From an uncultured virus (IMG/VR IMGVR_UViG_3300021254_000023) (lineage: Duplodnaviria > Heunggongvirae > Uroviricota > Caudoviricetes), in IMG/VR virus record IMGVR_UViG_3300021254_000023: 64,000 nt of DNA. One strand, written 5' to 3'. Positions 1 through 9,049 of this stretch are shown one piece after another. The notes beneath the pieces are model-generated. The model worked only from the letters and a program-made list of their open reading frames with translations. It searched no databases and was not told the origin of the DNA. The position numbers were made by a program, and so were the translations under genes. Each line of letters opens with the position of its first letter. The stretch's first letter is position 1.

Positions 1-2013
1 AATGCTTGCCGATATACTACCAAAAATAGAGTAGGTGATGAGGAGGACAAGGCTCTTGGTACTAGTGAAGTGGTTGGAGATGATAGTCATAGGTGGGACG
101 GATCTAATATACACTCATCTAGTGTTGACTTAACTGCAGACGATACTACTAAAGATGGCGCTAGACGAATATCTGATCTCGATTCAACCCTTAAAGCAAT
201 CATGGAAGCTCGTAAAAGTGGAGACTTAAATCTTTACTATACTAACGTCTTGAAATTCGCTCAAGGAAAAACGTTGAATAAAGGTTGGGGTGCTAAAGTC
301 AGTGGTCTTATGTCTTCTTATCTAGTGGGTGATGACATTAGTGAAGGTAAAGCTAGAGAATTTGAAGAGGCGCTAGTGAAGAGTGTTATCCAAGACGACT
401 ATTCTAAAAATTCAGTAAAACTTAAAAATAGTAATCCCCGTGAAGGTTGGTCTAAGAAAGTTGAATCCTTGTCCACAGATACTGTAGATGGAATTGACTA
501 CCATCTTCCCGGTTTTAACTTAATGGGTAATGGCTTGAATCCGAGTGCATACCTTAGGTGGTTAGCTGAGAATACTGTTGGTAAAATTCCTCTCAAAGGT
601 AAATGGAGACAACTAATGATCGACGAAGCACTTGGTCTACTTGTATATGCTCGTGAATTAGCTGAAAAAGCAACAAAAACCAATAGAGACCGACTCCCTG
701 GTGGCGAAGGACTTTTAGGTGATCTGGCTGGTGGACTAATGAATGGTGGTGTAAGTGGATTAGCGAAGGCTGGTGCTAAGGCTGCAGCAAAAGCTATCTT
801 TGGAGGTGGAAGTGTAGATCTAAGTACTCCACAAAATAGACCCACTAGTAAAGGACAACAACCTGGCGGAGATAAAGGAGAAACAAAATACCTTGCTTTA
901 AATGAAAAATCACAGGGTGAAGCCGCGGCCAAGTTAGGACAAGACTATAGCTTCGTAGAAAATTATATAAGCAAAGGTAATAACTTTAAAGGATTTATAA
1001 CAACTGCAGATGAACTTATTGGAGAAGGATCAAAACAGGTAAAAACTGTTGAAGATCTCTATAAGTACTTAAGATCATCTCCGTACATGTCTAATCCTAT
1101 CAAGTTTACCAGTAGTGACTATAATCCTCTTAAAGTTCAGACCCTAGATACAAACACCTATTGGGAAATCATATTTACTCCTTTTGTTGGTATAGAAAAT
1201 GGCAACAAATCATACCTTCCACCAATTACTGAAATTAATACTTGGAATGAAGTATATCATGGAGTAAAAACTGGTTATGGTGCATGGGTACCTATTAATG
1301 GGTTTGAGCTATCTAAAGCTAAGCTCACTACAAAAACACTAGCTCTTTTTGATGGAGAGATAAGTTATCCAGTTTCAATGGAATTTACTAACGAGTTACG
1401 TCTAACTTTCGTTGATGATCAATATAAATCTTGGAGGACATATTTTGAAAGATGTATGGACTGTGCGGTTTATAATAGTCAAATACATATCCCATCTGAC
1501 TACAACGAAGAGGGGGTTGTTGAATTTGACTTATCAAATTATGAAAGGATAGACGAAACATCTCCACTGACTGGGATTGCGGGTGCAGCATACAAAACCG
1601 CAGCGCAAACTCTCAATAAGATCAATAAAATTGGAAAAAATAAATTGCTTGGGAAAGGTTCTAGTGGGTTAACTGCTATTGATAAAAAATACCAATGTGT
1701 TGCTCCATATAAAAACATTACATTCAGATGTACCATCTATTCACTCACTCCGCAATTTAGTACGGTTAGTAAATATGACCTTTTAGTTGTTCTCAAAGAT
1801 TTCGTAGAGGAGCGTTCTGGAGAGATTGATGGAGATCCTGGCGACTTAACTGTCGCATTCTCTATAGTTGGTGAAAACCCAAGTAGTGAACGAAAGAATG
1901 CAAAATCAGTAGGATCATATTTAGATATTACTAAGAAGAATGAAGATGCATCTAGAAAAAATACAGCCTCTATCATTTCTTCTGCAGCTAATAAAGTAAT
2001 AGGACTTTTATAA
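1..2013 (+). CDS. 5'-truncated large tail-associated protein; C-terminal part resembles a tail-tube/initiator fold
   Basis: Frame is open from base 1 to TAA at 2013. The C-terminal 'LRLTFVDDQYKSWRTYFE...DLTVAFSIVG' parallels the tube protein. Lies next to the sheath and tube genes. Confidence 0.5.
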   Translation, partial: NACRYTTKNRVGDEEDKALGTSEVVGDDSHRWDGSNIHSSSVDLTADDTTKDGARRISDLDSTLKAIMEARKSGDLNLYYTNVLKFAQGKTLNKGWGAKVSGLMSSYLVGDDISEGKAREFEEALVKSVIQDDYSKNSVKLKNSNPREGWSKKVESLSTDTVDGIDYHLPGFNLMGNGLNPSAYLRWLAENTVGKIPLKGKWRQLMIDEALGLLVYARELAEKATKTNRDRLPGGEGLLGDLAGGLMNGGVSGLAKAGAKAAAKAIFGGGSVDLSTPQNRPTSKGQQPGGDKGETKYLALNEKSQGEAAAKLGQDYSFVENYISKGNNFKGFITTADELIGEGSKQVKTVEDLYKYLRSSPYMSNPIKFTSSDYNPLKVQTLDTNTYWEIIFTPFVGIENGNKSYLPPITEINTWNEVYHGVKTGYGAWVPINGFELSKAKLTTKTLALFDGEISYPVSMEFTNELRLTFVDDQYKSWRTYFERCMDCAVYNSQIHIPSDYNEEGVVEFDLSNYERIDETSPLTGIAGAAYKTAAQTLNKINKIGKNKLLGKGSSGLTAIDKKYQCVAPYKNITFRCTIYSLTPQFSTVSKYDLLVVLKDFVEERSGEIDGDPGDLTVAFSIVGENPSSERKNAKSVGSYLDITKKNEDASRKNTASIISSAANKVIGLL

Positions 2014-2016
2014 ATT

Positions 2017-4101
2017 ATGTACATCCGATTAGGTAAATCACAAATCTTTTACGAATCACCAGTAGTAGATGACTTCATGACTATTGCTCAAGTTGTCTCT
2101 GCTCCGATGTCGTTTGAAAGACCTGCTATAGTTAGTACAAAAACTCAACTAACAGCGCTCTTCGGAGAATCTTTCCCAGAGAAAGCTTTCTTAGAAGAAT
2201 TGATTGATTGGGGTGCAGTCCTATATCTTTATAGACCTATTAGTACAAAAGATGATCATAATCAAGAAGGCTATATAGACTTAGAAAAATGTAATACCCC
2301 ATCATACTACTTAGAAGAACCTCCTGCCGTCCCACAAGAAATGACCATCTATAAAATAAAAACCCTAGATGGATCGCTTTTAACAGATGAAGGAGAACCA
2401 TACGACAATTATATTTATTATGACGGAGAACTCGTCCTAGTTAACCAACTCCCTCAGATTGTAGGTGGATTTAGGACAGACTCCTTGAACAATCGAGACA
2501 CATTAACTCTTTATAAAAATCAGAGCAAGATCTCTTACTTAAACCCAATGTTTAAGAAGGATTATACTATCTTGCTCAACCCAGTAAATCGTACAAATTT
2601 ATTAGATAGCCTATCCACTATTAACTCAGAAGATATGGTGGATCTCATGGCAAAAATCAAAAAGGGATACAAAACTCTGGCTTTTAAAATAGAATCAGAG
2701 CCGATCGGTCCCTTACCAGACAACTCCTACATAGTAATTCAGACGAATACGAAAGACAGAGTCTTAATGTATGCTGGTGAAGAAGTACCTAACATACCTA
2801 CTCGCTACTATACTAAGACAGAGTCCGTTACATCGTGGGACGATATCCTTAACAAACTCAGACACTATGGATATTTCACTATCCCAGATAAGCCTGATAT
2901 GCTATATGCAAGTTTCCCCGTTCACACTGATTATTTCTATACTATTCCAGACCTATCTTTAGTTCCATCGTATCAAGGAACACACGACCTACTCTCAGAG
3001 ATAATGGAGGATAGTGACATATGTATGAACCTATGGTCTAAGACGATAGGAACAGGTGGAATAGATGGAGACATAACAGTAGCAATAGAACAGCTTGAAG
3101 ATGACCTTCTATATCGCATAACAGTCTCTAGATTTGATTATTCAGAAGTTTTTGAAGGCTATATCGACGAAAGAGAAGGCTATGAAAGATTAGATCGACA
3201 AATAGAGTATGGCTCTATTCTCCTTCATGCCAATTTTATACAAGGAGATACACTCCCAGTAGGAACCTGGACACTGTGTGGAGCCACAAAAGAAGACTAC
3301 ACACAAAGTATGTACCTAAAGTCTCTTGATGTTTTCAGAGACGAAATGGAGACAATATTTCCTGATTTCTTGCTGATCCCAGACATACATGTCTACGGAG
3401 ATGCAACGAAAGCAGATACGGATTACTATAGCGTTTATCTTGACCTCCTTGACTTCGCTAAAGAAACTGGTATTCAAGTACTTGTTCAGAATAATCAATT
3501 CGGTGATAATAAGATAGAAGATTACCTGTACAATTATACAGGAGATAAAGAAAATAGATTAATATATTTCTATCACGGAATGACTATTAATGGATGGGAA
3601 GAACCTGGGTATTATGTATTTTTACGAGGACTCTTTGGAGACTCATATTCACTATCAACGAACCTCGTATTTTATGATAGTCCTATGGGTGATAAGAATC
3701 CCTATACAGAAACGTTGGATAAACTGGAAAACAAGAAAAGTAATTACCTAGTGGATAATAATCAAGTATATTATTATAGCCAACTATTGAGTGGTAAGAA
3801 ACCAGAAACAACAATCTGGATGAGATTCGTCCTGGGAAAAATTCGGAGAGAACTCGAGAAAAACAGATGGTCCTACTTATCTGAACGTATGATAGGTACA
3901 GTTAAGAATAGGATCGATGGTATCCTTAGTAGAGTCCAGACAAGTTTCTCGATTATTAGGAGAATTCAAGTCAGTGAATTTGAGATTGACTACAGTAACT
4001 ATAAAATCAATCTTTCCATAGAAACTTGGATTAGTGATCTCATTGATAATCACATGAAACTGGACATAATGATTAACTACAAAAATTATAATAATTCTTA
4101 A
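2017..4101 (+). CDS. Putative contractile tail sheath protein
   Basis: 694 aa. N-terminal 'PAIVSTKTQLTALFG' and C-terminal 'I..EL...R....IDGIL...INLSIE' resemble sheath proteins. Directly precedes a ~200 aa tube-like gene. Confidence 0.65.
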   Translation: MYIRLGKSQIFYESPVVDDFMTIAQVVSAPMSFERPAIVSTKTQLTALFGESFPEKAFLEELIDWGAVLYLYRPISTKDDHNQEGYIDLEKCNTPSYYLEEPPAVPQEMTIYKIKTLDGSLLTDEGEPYDNYIYYDGELVLVNQLPQIVGGFRTDSLNNRDTLTLYKNQSKISYLNPMFKKDYTILLNPVNRTNLLDSLSTINSEDMVDLMAKIKKGYKTLAFKIESEPIGPLPDNSYIVIQTNTKDRVLMYAGEEVPNIPTRYYTKTESVTSWDDILNKLRHYGYFTIPDKPDMLYASFPVHTDYFYTIPDLSLVPSYQGTHDLLSEIMEDSDICMNLWSKTIGTGGIDGDITVAIEQLEDDLLYRITVSRFDYSEVFEGYIDEREGYERLDRQIEYGSILLHANFIQGDTLPVGTWTLCGATKEDYTQSMYLKSLDVFRDEMETIFPDFLLIPDIHVYGDATKADTDYYSVYLDLLDFAKETGIQVLVQNNQFGDNKIEDYLYNYTGDKENRLIYFYHGMTINGWEEPGYYVFLRGLFGDSYSLSTNLVFYDSPMGDKNPYTETLDKLENKKSNYLVDNNQVYYYSQLLSGKKPETTIWMRFVLGKIRRELEKNRWSYLSERMIGTVKNRIDGILSRVQTSFSIIRRIQVSEFEIDYSNYKINLSIETWISDLIDNHMKLDIMINYKNYNNS

Positions 4102-4103
4102 AT

Positions 4104-4876
4104 ATGGCAACAGTTGCTGAATTGGTACGTGGCGGAAATGATCTACGTGCTAAATTTATTGATTGGACAAATACCTACCACGATAATAACAAGGAGTTTC
4201 TTCGTGGTGATATGTGGGAGTTCAAATTCCTGAACGTTCCCAAGATTGTTTACTACCCTGGTGACGACATTATCAACGCCCGTCTGAACAGTGTAAACGT
4301 TGGTATTGATTACTCGGTAGGTGGTATTGAGAAGCGTATGCGTGGTGGTTGGAATATCTATCAGCGTACCTCTCAGAATACAAACGGTACTCTGACTCTG
4401 TCACTGGTTGATAAAGAAGATCAGGCTATTACCTACTTCATCGATGACTGGCGTCAGAAGATCGCTGACCGCGATACTCGCTACAGCTTCCGTAAGGATG
4501 ACCTGGTGGGCGACTGCCAGCTGTTCATCACGAACTCGTCTCGTATTGACGTTAGAATTTTAACATTCTACAACGTAATAATTCAGGACGGTCAAATCGA
4601 CGAGAACGGAGCCCTAGAGAGCGAGTCTGACCGTGCAGATATCACACTCACAATGCAGTTCGAACATGGCAAATTACCCAAGCTAGTGTTAAGTATAAAT
4701 TATTTTATACGAGAATCCTAATATATTGCTGGAAAATAAAGAAATAAATCAGCAACCTCTCACTTGAGAGGCCTAACGACTATGTTTAAGATGCCCTTGA
4801 AAAGGACAATGATATAGTCTAAACAAAGAAGAAATTCTCTGTAATATTGTACTCAAGAGAGTTTAAGAACCTGTAA
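4104..4876 (+). CDS. Putative tail tube protein, spliced: join(4104..4667,4850..4876), 196 aa ending ...MQFEH|YSREFKNL
   Basis: Tube-like motifs 'GTLTLSLVD', 'DWRQKI', 'ITLTMQFEH'. Codon usage (CGT, CTG, TTC, AAC) suggests high expression. Removing the intron joins the exons in frame. Confidence 0.75.
4668..4849 (+). mobile_element. Group I self-splicing intron, 182 nt, no internal ORF
   Basis: P1 AACAU/GUGUU with U.G at the 5' splice site; P2 GUAUAAA/UUUAUAC; P3 AUCCUAA/UUAAGAU; P4 UUGCUG/CAGCAA; P6 CCUCUC/GAGAGG; P7 GACUAU/AUAGUC; P8; P9 with GAAA loop; terminal G at 4849. Confidence 0.92.
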
Positions 4877-4912
4877 TTGTAAGTGTAGAAAATAAATTCT
4901 ACGTTTTCTCCT

Positions 4913-4955
4913 GGGATGGTGGGAAGAGGGCCCAAAACTTCTCACCCTCCCTTTT
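4913..4955 (+). terminator. Intrinsic terminator-like hairpin after the tail tube gene
   Basis: GGGATGGTGGGAAG/CTTCTCACCCTCCC followed by TTTT, enclosed by an outer stem TTCTACGTT/AACGTAGAA (4897-4964). Confidence 0.6.
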
Positions 4956-4994
4956 AACGTAGAAATCAATAATTTATAAAACTAAACTTAAATT

Positions 4995-6464
4995 ATGCGA
5001 GAGAAGGCGTGGAAACGTTACGACAATAAGAAAACACCTTTTACAGAAGAGGAGATAAAAGACATCATTGAAAAGAAATACCACGACTGTTTACCAAATA
5101 CGAAAAAATATATAGCAACTGGTTTAAAGACAATAGGGCCAAAATTTAAAGCTAATATTTGTATAATGGTAAAAGAAGATTTTATAAATATCTTCAACGA
5201 AGCTTTCAACAGTCTTGAAAAATACAAATTTGATTTCTCTAGAGTCCCAGATATTATCAAAAATACACACGAAAAGATTACTATAATATGCAAAGAGACA
5301 ATCTGTGGAGTAGAAATAGGAGAATTTACAGTAACCCGAAACTCTATAACAAAGGGAGAATTAAACCCTTTGTCAAAGTTTGAAAAATTTCTCTTAAAAG
5401 ATCTTCAAGAAAATGTGGAAACTAAGAATAAATACTTACCTCTTCTAGAAGAAAAATTCCAAGGTGTGTTTGATTTTTCAGAGTCTAAATTTGTAAGTAC
5501 AGAAATACCGCTTAAATATAAATGTATTTCGTGTGGTCAAACCTATTGGGATAACATAATAAATCTTCTATACTATAGAAAAGCTGAATGCAAAAACTGC
5601 GCTTCTATTCAAAGAGAAAAAGAATATATAGAAGAGGCTGGAAAAAAGTGGTTAGAAGAAGCCAAAACCCTACATTCAAATAACTGTGATTACACAAATG
5701 CTGTATATAGAGGTCACAATAAAACAGTAACTGGATTAAAGTGTAAACTATGTGAGAATACTTTCGAGCAAAAACCAGACAGCCATTTACAGTCTCCCTA
5801 TGGTTGTTGCTATGAGTGTGCTAAGAAATTAGCTGGTGCAAAAAGTAGATCAAACATAGAAAATGTTAAGGCTAGGGTTGAAGAAATTCATGGGGTAGGA
5901 ACATTCAATTGGGAAAAAGCTGTCTATGTAACTAATCAAACCCCAATAACTCTAATAGATGTTGCAACAGGTATAGAGTTTCAATCTACACCCAACAGAC
6001 TAATGTCAATCGGAGAAGGTTTGCCATTTACTCACAAACATTCACTTGGAGAAAGAAATACTGTCAAATGGCTTGAAGCCAATAAAATAGCCTATATTTC
6101 AGAGAAGTTTTACCCAACGACCGAAATACAGGGAAAAGGTGAAAGGGGCGTTAGAATAGACTTCGAAATAGAAATGAAAGATAAGAAAATTTGGATAGAA
6201 TGTAATGGTAAACAACACTATGAATACTGTCCGATTTTCTACAGATGGCTTGAATACTACTCTGAAGAAAGCAAAGAACTATACAGAAAACAATTAAGTA
6301 GAGACGCTAATGTAAGAAATTATAGTAAAGAACATGATATATTACTTGTCGAAATTCCTTACACTAGCTATGCATACGACAAAATAGATGATATATTAAC
6401 TAGGATCATCTTAAACAACGAATCTCCGGATTTTATTGAGATACCGGAAATTAAATACTGTTAA
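4995..6464 (+). CDS. Free-standing homing endonuclease-like protein (DUF723-like/Zn-finger repeats plus C-terminal Vsr/DUF559-like PD-(D/E)XK nuclease)
   Basis: Four '(F/C)(D/N)(F/Y/W)...' repeat units and several CxxC pairs. C-terminal 'SLGE...RIDFEI...IWIECNGKQHY...SRD'. More A-rich than its neighbours. Confidence 0.8.
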   Translation: MREKAWKRYDNKKTPFTEEEIKDIIEKKYHDCLPNTKKYIATGLKTIGPKFKANICIMVKEDFINIFNEAFNSLEKYKFDFSRVPDIIKNTHEKITIICKETICGVEIGEFTVTRNSITKGELNPLSKFEKFLLKDLQENVETKNKYLPLLEEKFQGVFDFSESKFVSTEIPLKYKCISCGQTYWDNIINLLYYRKAECKNCASIQREKEYIEEAGKKWLEEAKTLHSNNCDYTNAVYRGHNKTVTGLKCKLCENTFEQKPDSHLQSPYGCCYECAKKLAGAKSRSNIENVKARVEEIHGVGTFNWEKAVYVTNQTPITLIDVATGIEFQSTPNRLMSIGEGLPFTHKHSLGERNTVKWLEANKIAYISEKFYPTTEIQGKGERGVRIDFEIEMKDKKIWIECNGKQHYEYCPIFYRWLEYYSEESKELYRKQLSRDANVRNYSKEHDILLVEIPYTSYAYDKIDDILTRIILNNESPDFIEIPEIKYC

Positions 6465-6466
6465 TT

Positions 6467-6883
6467 ATGACACAATTTAAACAAAAAACATATTCCGAGG
6501 GTGACAAAACTGTCTTCCTCAATTTTATTGGAATATTAGCTGGCTTTATTGTACAGACTAAAAATCTTCATTGGGCTGCTCCTAAGAAAAACATTCATGT
6601 TTACTTGGACGAATTCCATGATATCCTCGGCGACTATCAAGACGCCCTGGCGGAGGGTTATATGGGTATTCTCGGTCAGATGGGCCCTAACGATGTTCCC
6701 TACAAAGAGTGCAGAGATGATAATGCCAACTCTTTCATTGAGAGCGTCCTAACTGCTACAAAGGAATTTTATGGACAAATTCCCGAAGGGAGTGAATTCA
6801 AGGGCATTACTGGAGAAACCGAGAGTTTCATACAGAACGTTAACAAGTATAATTACTTGTTCCATTTGTGCGATGCCATATGA
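6467..6883 (+). CDS. Ferritin-like/Dps-like protein (DUF5856-like)
   Basis: 'KNLHW...HVYLDEFHD...DALAEGYMG' matches the Dps-type H-W/H/D/E pattern. Confidence 0.7.
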   Translation: MTQFKQKTYSEGDKTVFLNFIGILAGFIVQTKNLHWAAPKKNIHVYLDEFHDILGDYQDALAEGYMGILGQMGPNDVPYKECRDDNANSFIESVLTATKEFYGQIPEGSEFKGITGETESFIQNVNKYNYLFHLCDAI

Positions 6884-7344
6884 TTTGCTTGAGAGATAAA
6901 TCTTTCTGCATCATAGAATCTAAAGAACAGGTAGCGAAATCCCTTGGCCAAGATTGGGAACATGAAAAGCTTATCCCGTCTATTATCTGGTTAAGAAGTA
7001 ATGCTAAACCAGATTTAGTCTTAGGAAGAAAAGAAATATATAACCTAACCGGCGGTCGTCTTAGTTATGACAACTTGAAAAATTTCAAAACCTATACACA
7101 AGGAGTGGAGGGTTTCTGGAATGATTTCATAATAGTCAAAGATTCTGAAGGCTCAATAAGAGTCTATTGCATTCTTCACTTTGGAGCTAATGGTCCGGGG
7201 AACTGGACAAAGAAAGACTTGAAAGATGCCAAGAAAGAATATGAAAAGATGATCGCTAATGGTGCAGAAGATGTTAGTTTTACTATGGCCCAACGTGACC
7301 TAGCCGATGACGTAACTGACTGGGGCACCACTTTTACAATATAG
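6880..7344 (+). CDS. Hypothetical protein
   Basis: ATG at 6880 overlaps the upstream TGA (ATGA), so it is preferred over the ORF-track start at 6868. Confidence 0.7.
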   Translation: MICLRDKSFCIIESKEQVAKSLGQDWEHEKLIPSIIWLRSNAKPDLVLGRKEIYNLTGGRLSYDNLKNFKTYTQGVEGFWNDFIIVKDSEGSIRVYCILHFGANGPGNWTKKDLKDAKKEYEKMIANGAEDVSFTMAQRDLADDVTDWGTTFTI

Positions 7345-7345
7345 G

Positions 7346-8758
7346 ATGATGGAGAACGATAAAAATATAAATGACTTTTTCACAGGTGCTGGAAATACAA
7401 TTCCAGAGCTATGTTTTATCAAGTCATTAAAGATATATGGGGAGGATAAATTCCCTCTCACTAACAAAGACCTTGTTGGAGAACCTCTTCCAGACGAGGG
7501 TATATATTCAGGAGACTATGACCTGAGAAAAATTAACGAGAAGCGTTTAGAAGAGGCCCTAGCTAATGGTGAGTCAAACATTACCATTGATGGTGTGATC
7601 AGTAACATAAATATACCTGTTACTACATCCACCACAAAAATTACAGCAGAGCTTGCTTCCACTACAACGGTCTATACTGATACTAATAAATTAGTGTACC
7701 TGACTAATACTTCTGATAAGCCAGTCGACCTACTCAAATTGAATACACCTAACGTGTCAACTGTTTACTTAAGTGGTAACTTTGAAACAGTCAAAACAAA
7801 TACATCAATCAAGAATAACGAAGGTACAATCAGTGACATTGTAATTGCTGATGATGTAAAGAAAAACATCAGCGTTAATACTGCCTTCGATTCTGAGGCA
7901 TCTATTACATCAAAAACAAGCAACAATATCAGCATTAACACAAGCAGTGTTGGTAGTAACCTAATCCTTGAGACACCTAATTCTAAGGTTAGCTTGAATA
8001 ATGGTACTTATAAAGTAGTAACTTCTGAGGTTGGTGATAACACGCTCGTTGTCGGAACTCCTACTGTTATAGAAACACTCAAAGTAATCAAGGGCAATGT
8101 GATTGTTAATGATGTAACAGTTGAGAATCACATTCACAATATAATTAATGATACAGCCTACACAGTAAGTCCAGCTACTCATGAAGCCTCTACGTGGGCT
8201 ACATTTAAGTCAGTAGGTACTAAAGTCGGTATCACTAACGTAACGGCAGATCTCGAGGGTACTGGTTCAGCATCATTCTCAGTAATTAGTACTGGTAATT
8301 ACGAATGGAACTTTGGTGAACATAATGTAAATGCAGGAAGTAGTTCAGCAGGCATATTCTTCGTACGTGGCGGTAGTGTAAAGCTTACTATTAACTCGGA
8401 TGGAACTTTCACCAACAACGCAAACAGCTACGGCCTTTGGGTTAGCGGTGGTTCTACAGTTAATGTAATGGGTGGTACATGGAACGCTTACACTCATGTT
8501 CTGTATTGTGAAAAAGGAACGATTAATATATACGGTGGAACTTTTAATTGCTTGAGCGATGATAAGAAGTTTACAATTAACTGTCTTGACGCTAACTATA
8601 CTGCAGGGACTGCTAAAATTAATTGCTTCGGTGGACGATTTATTGGATTTAATCCGGCAGAAAGCATGAGCGAGCCCGGTGGTCCTATTAGCTTTGTAGC
8701 AGAAGGTTATAAGTCAGTAGAAGTTGAAAGTGGAGTTTGGGAAGTAACAGCAGAGTAA
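7346..8758 (+). CDS. Hypothetical beta-solenoid-like protein
   Basis: 470 aa, rich in N/T/V/I, with repeating 'V/I-N-I-x-GG-T-F/W-N' turns in the C-terminal half. Confidence 0.55.
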   Translation: MMENDKNINDFFTGAGNTIPELCFIKSLKIYGEDKFPLTNKDLVGEPLPDEGIYSGDYDLRKINEKRLEEALANGESNITIDGVISNINIPVTTSTTKITAELASTTTVYTDTNKLVYLTNTSDKPVDLLKLNTPNVSTVYLSGNFETVKTNTSIKNNEGTISDIVIADDVKKNISVNTAFDSEASITSKTSNNISINTSSVGSNLILETPNSKVSLNNGTYKVVTSEVGDNTLVVGTPTVIETLKVIKGNVIVNDVTVENHIHNIINDTAYTVSPATHEASTWATFKSVGTKVGITNVTADLEGTGSASFSVISTGNYEWNFGEHNVNAGSSSAGIFFVRGGSVKLTINSDGTFTNNANSYGLWVSGGSTVNVMGGTWNAYTHVLYCEKGTINIYGGTFNCLSDDKKFTINCLDANYTAGTAKINCFGGRFIGFNPAESMSEPGGPISFVAEGYKSVEVESGVWEVTAE

Positions 8759-8788
8759 CGACCTTATTAATATAAAAAGGAAAAGTTA

Positions 8789-9049
8789 ATGAACGTAAAA
8801 GATTGCGAACTTCTTGATTCAACCTCAAGACCTGGTTATAGAAAATATAGAACGAAAAGTGGATTTGAATTCTGGGCGAGAATTAAGACTGAGCCAGATC
8901 CACCGGGAACAGAACACGTGAAACTCAGTTTCGATTACTTAAAGACTATAGGCTGTTTAAAAGGAATGAAACCAAAATCATTCTCTGAACTAACTGAGGA
9001 AGAGCAGAGGTTATATACAAATTTCGAAGATGATAGTACTGAGGAATAA
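8789..9049 (+). CDS. Small protein with acidic C-terminus; candidate antitoxin
   Basis: 86 aa; overlaps the downstream YoeB-like gene by 20 nt. Confidence 0.45.
   Translation: MNVKDCELLDSTSRPGYRKYRTKSGFEFWARIKTEPDPPGTEHVKLSFDYLKTIGCLKGMKPKSFSELTEEEQRLYTNFEDDSTEE

Noticed and set aside
4668..4721. C-terminal GKLPKLVLSINYFIRES of the ORF-track tube protein
   Set aside because: This is read-through into the intron; the probable true end is exon 2 at 4850-4876.
8758..8788. Late promoter motif (ACCTTATTAAT; similar ACCTAATAGGT near 38900)
   Set aside because: Too few and too divergent instances in the window to define a consensus.
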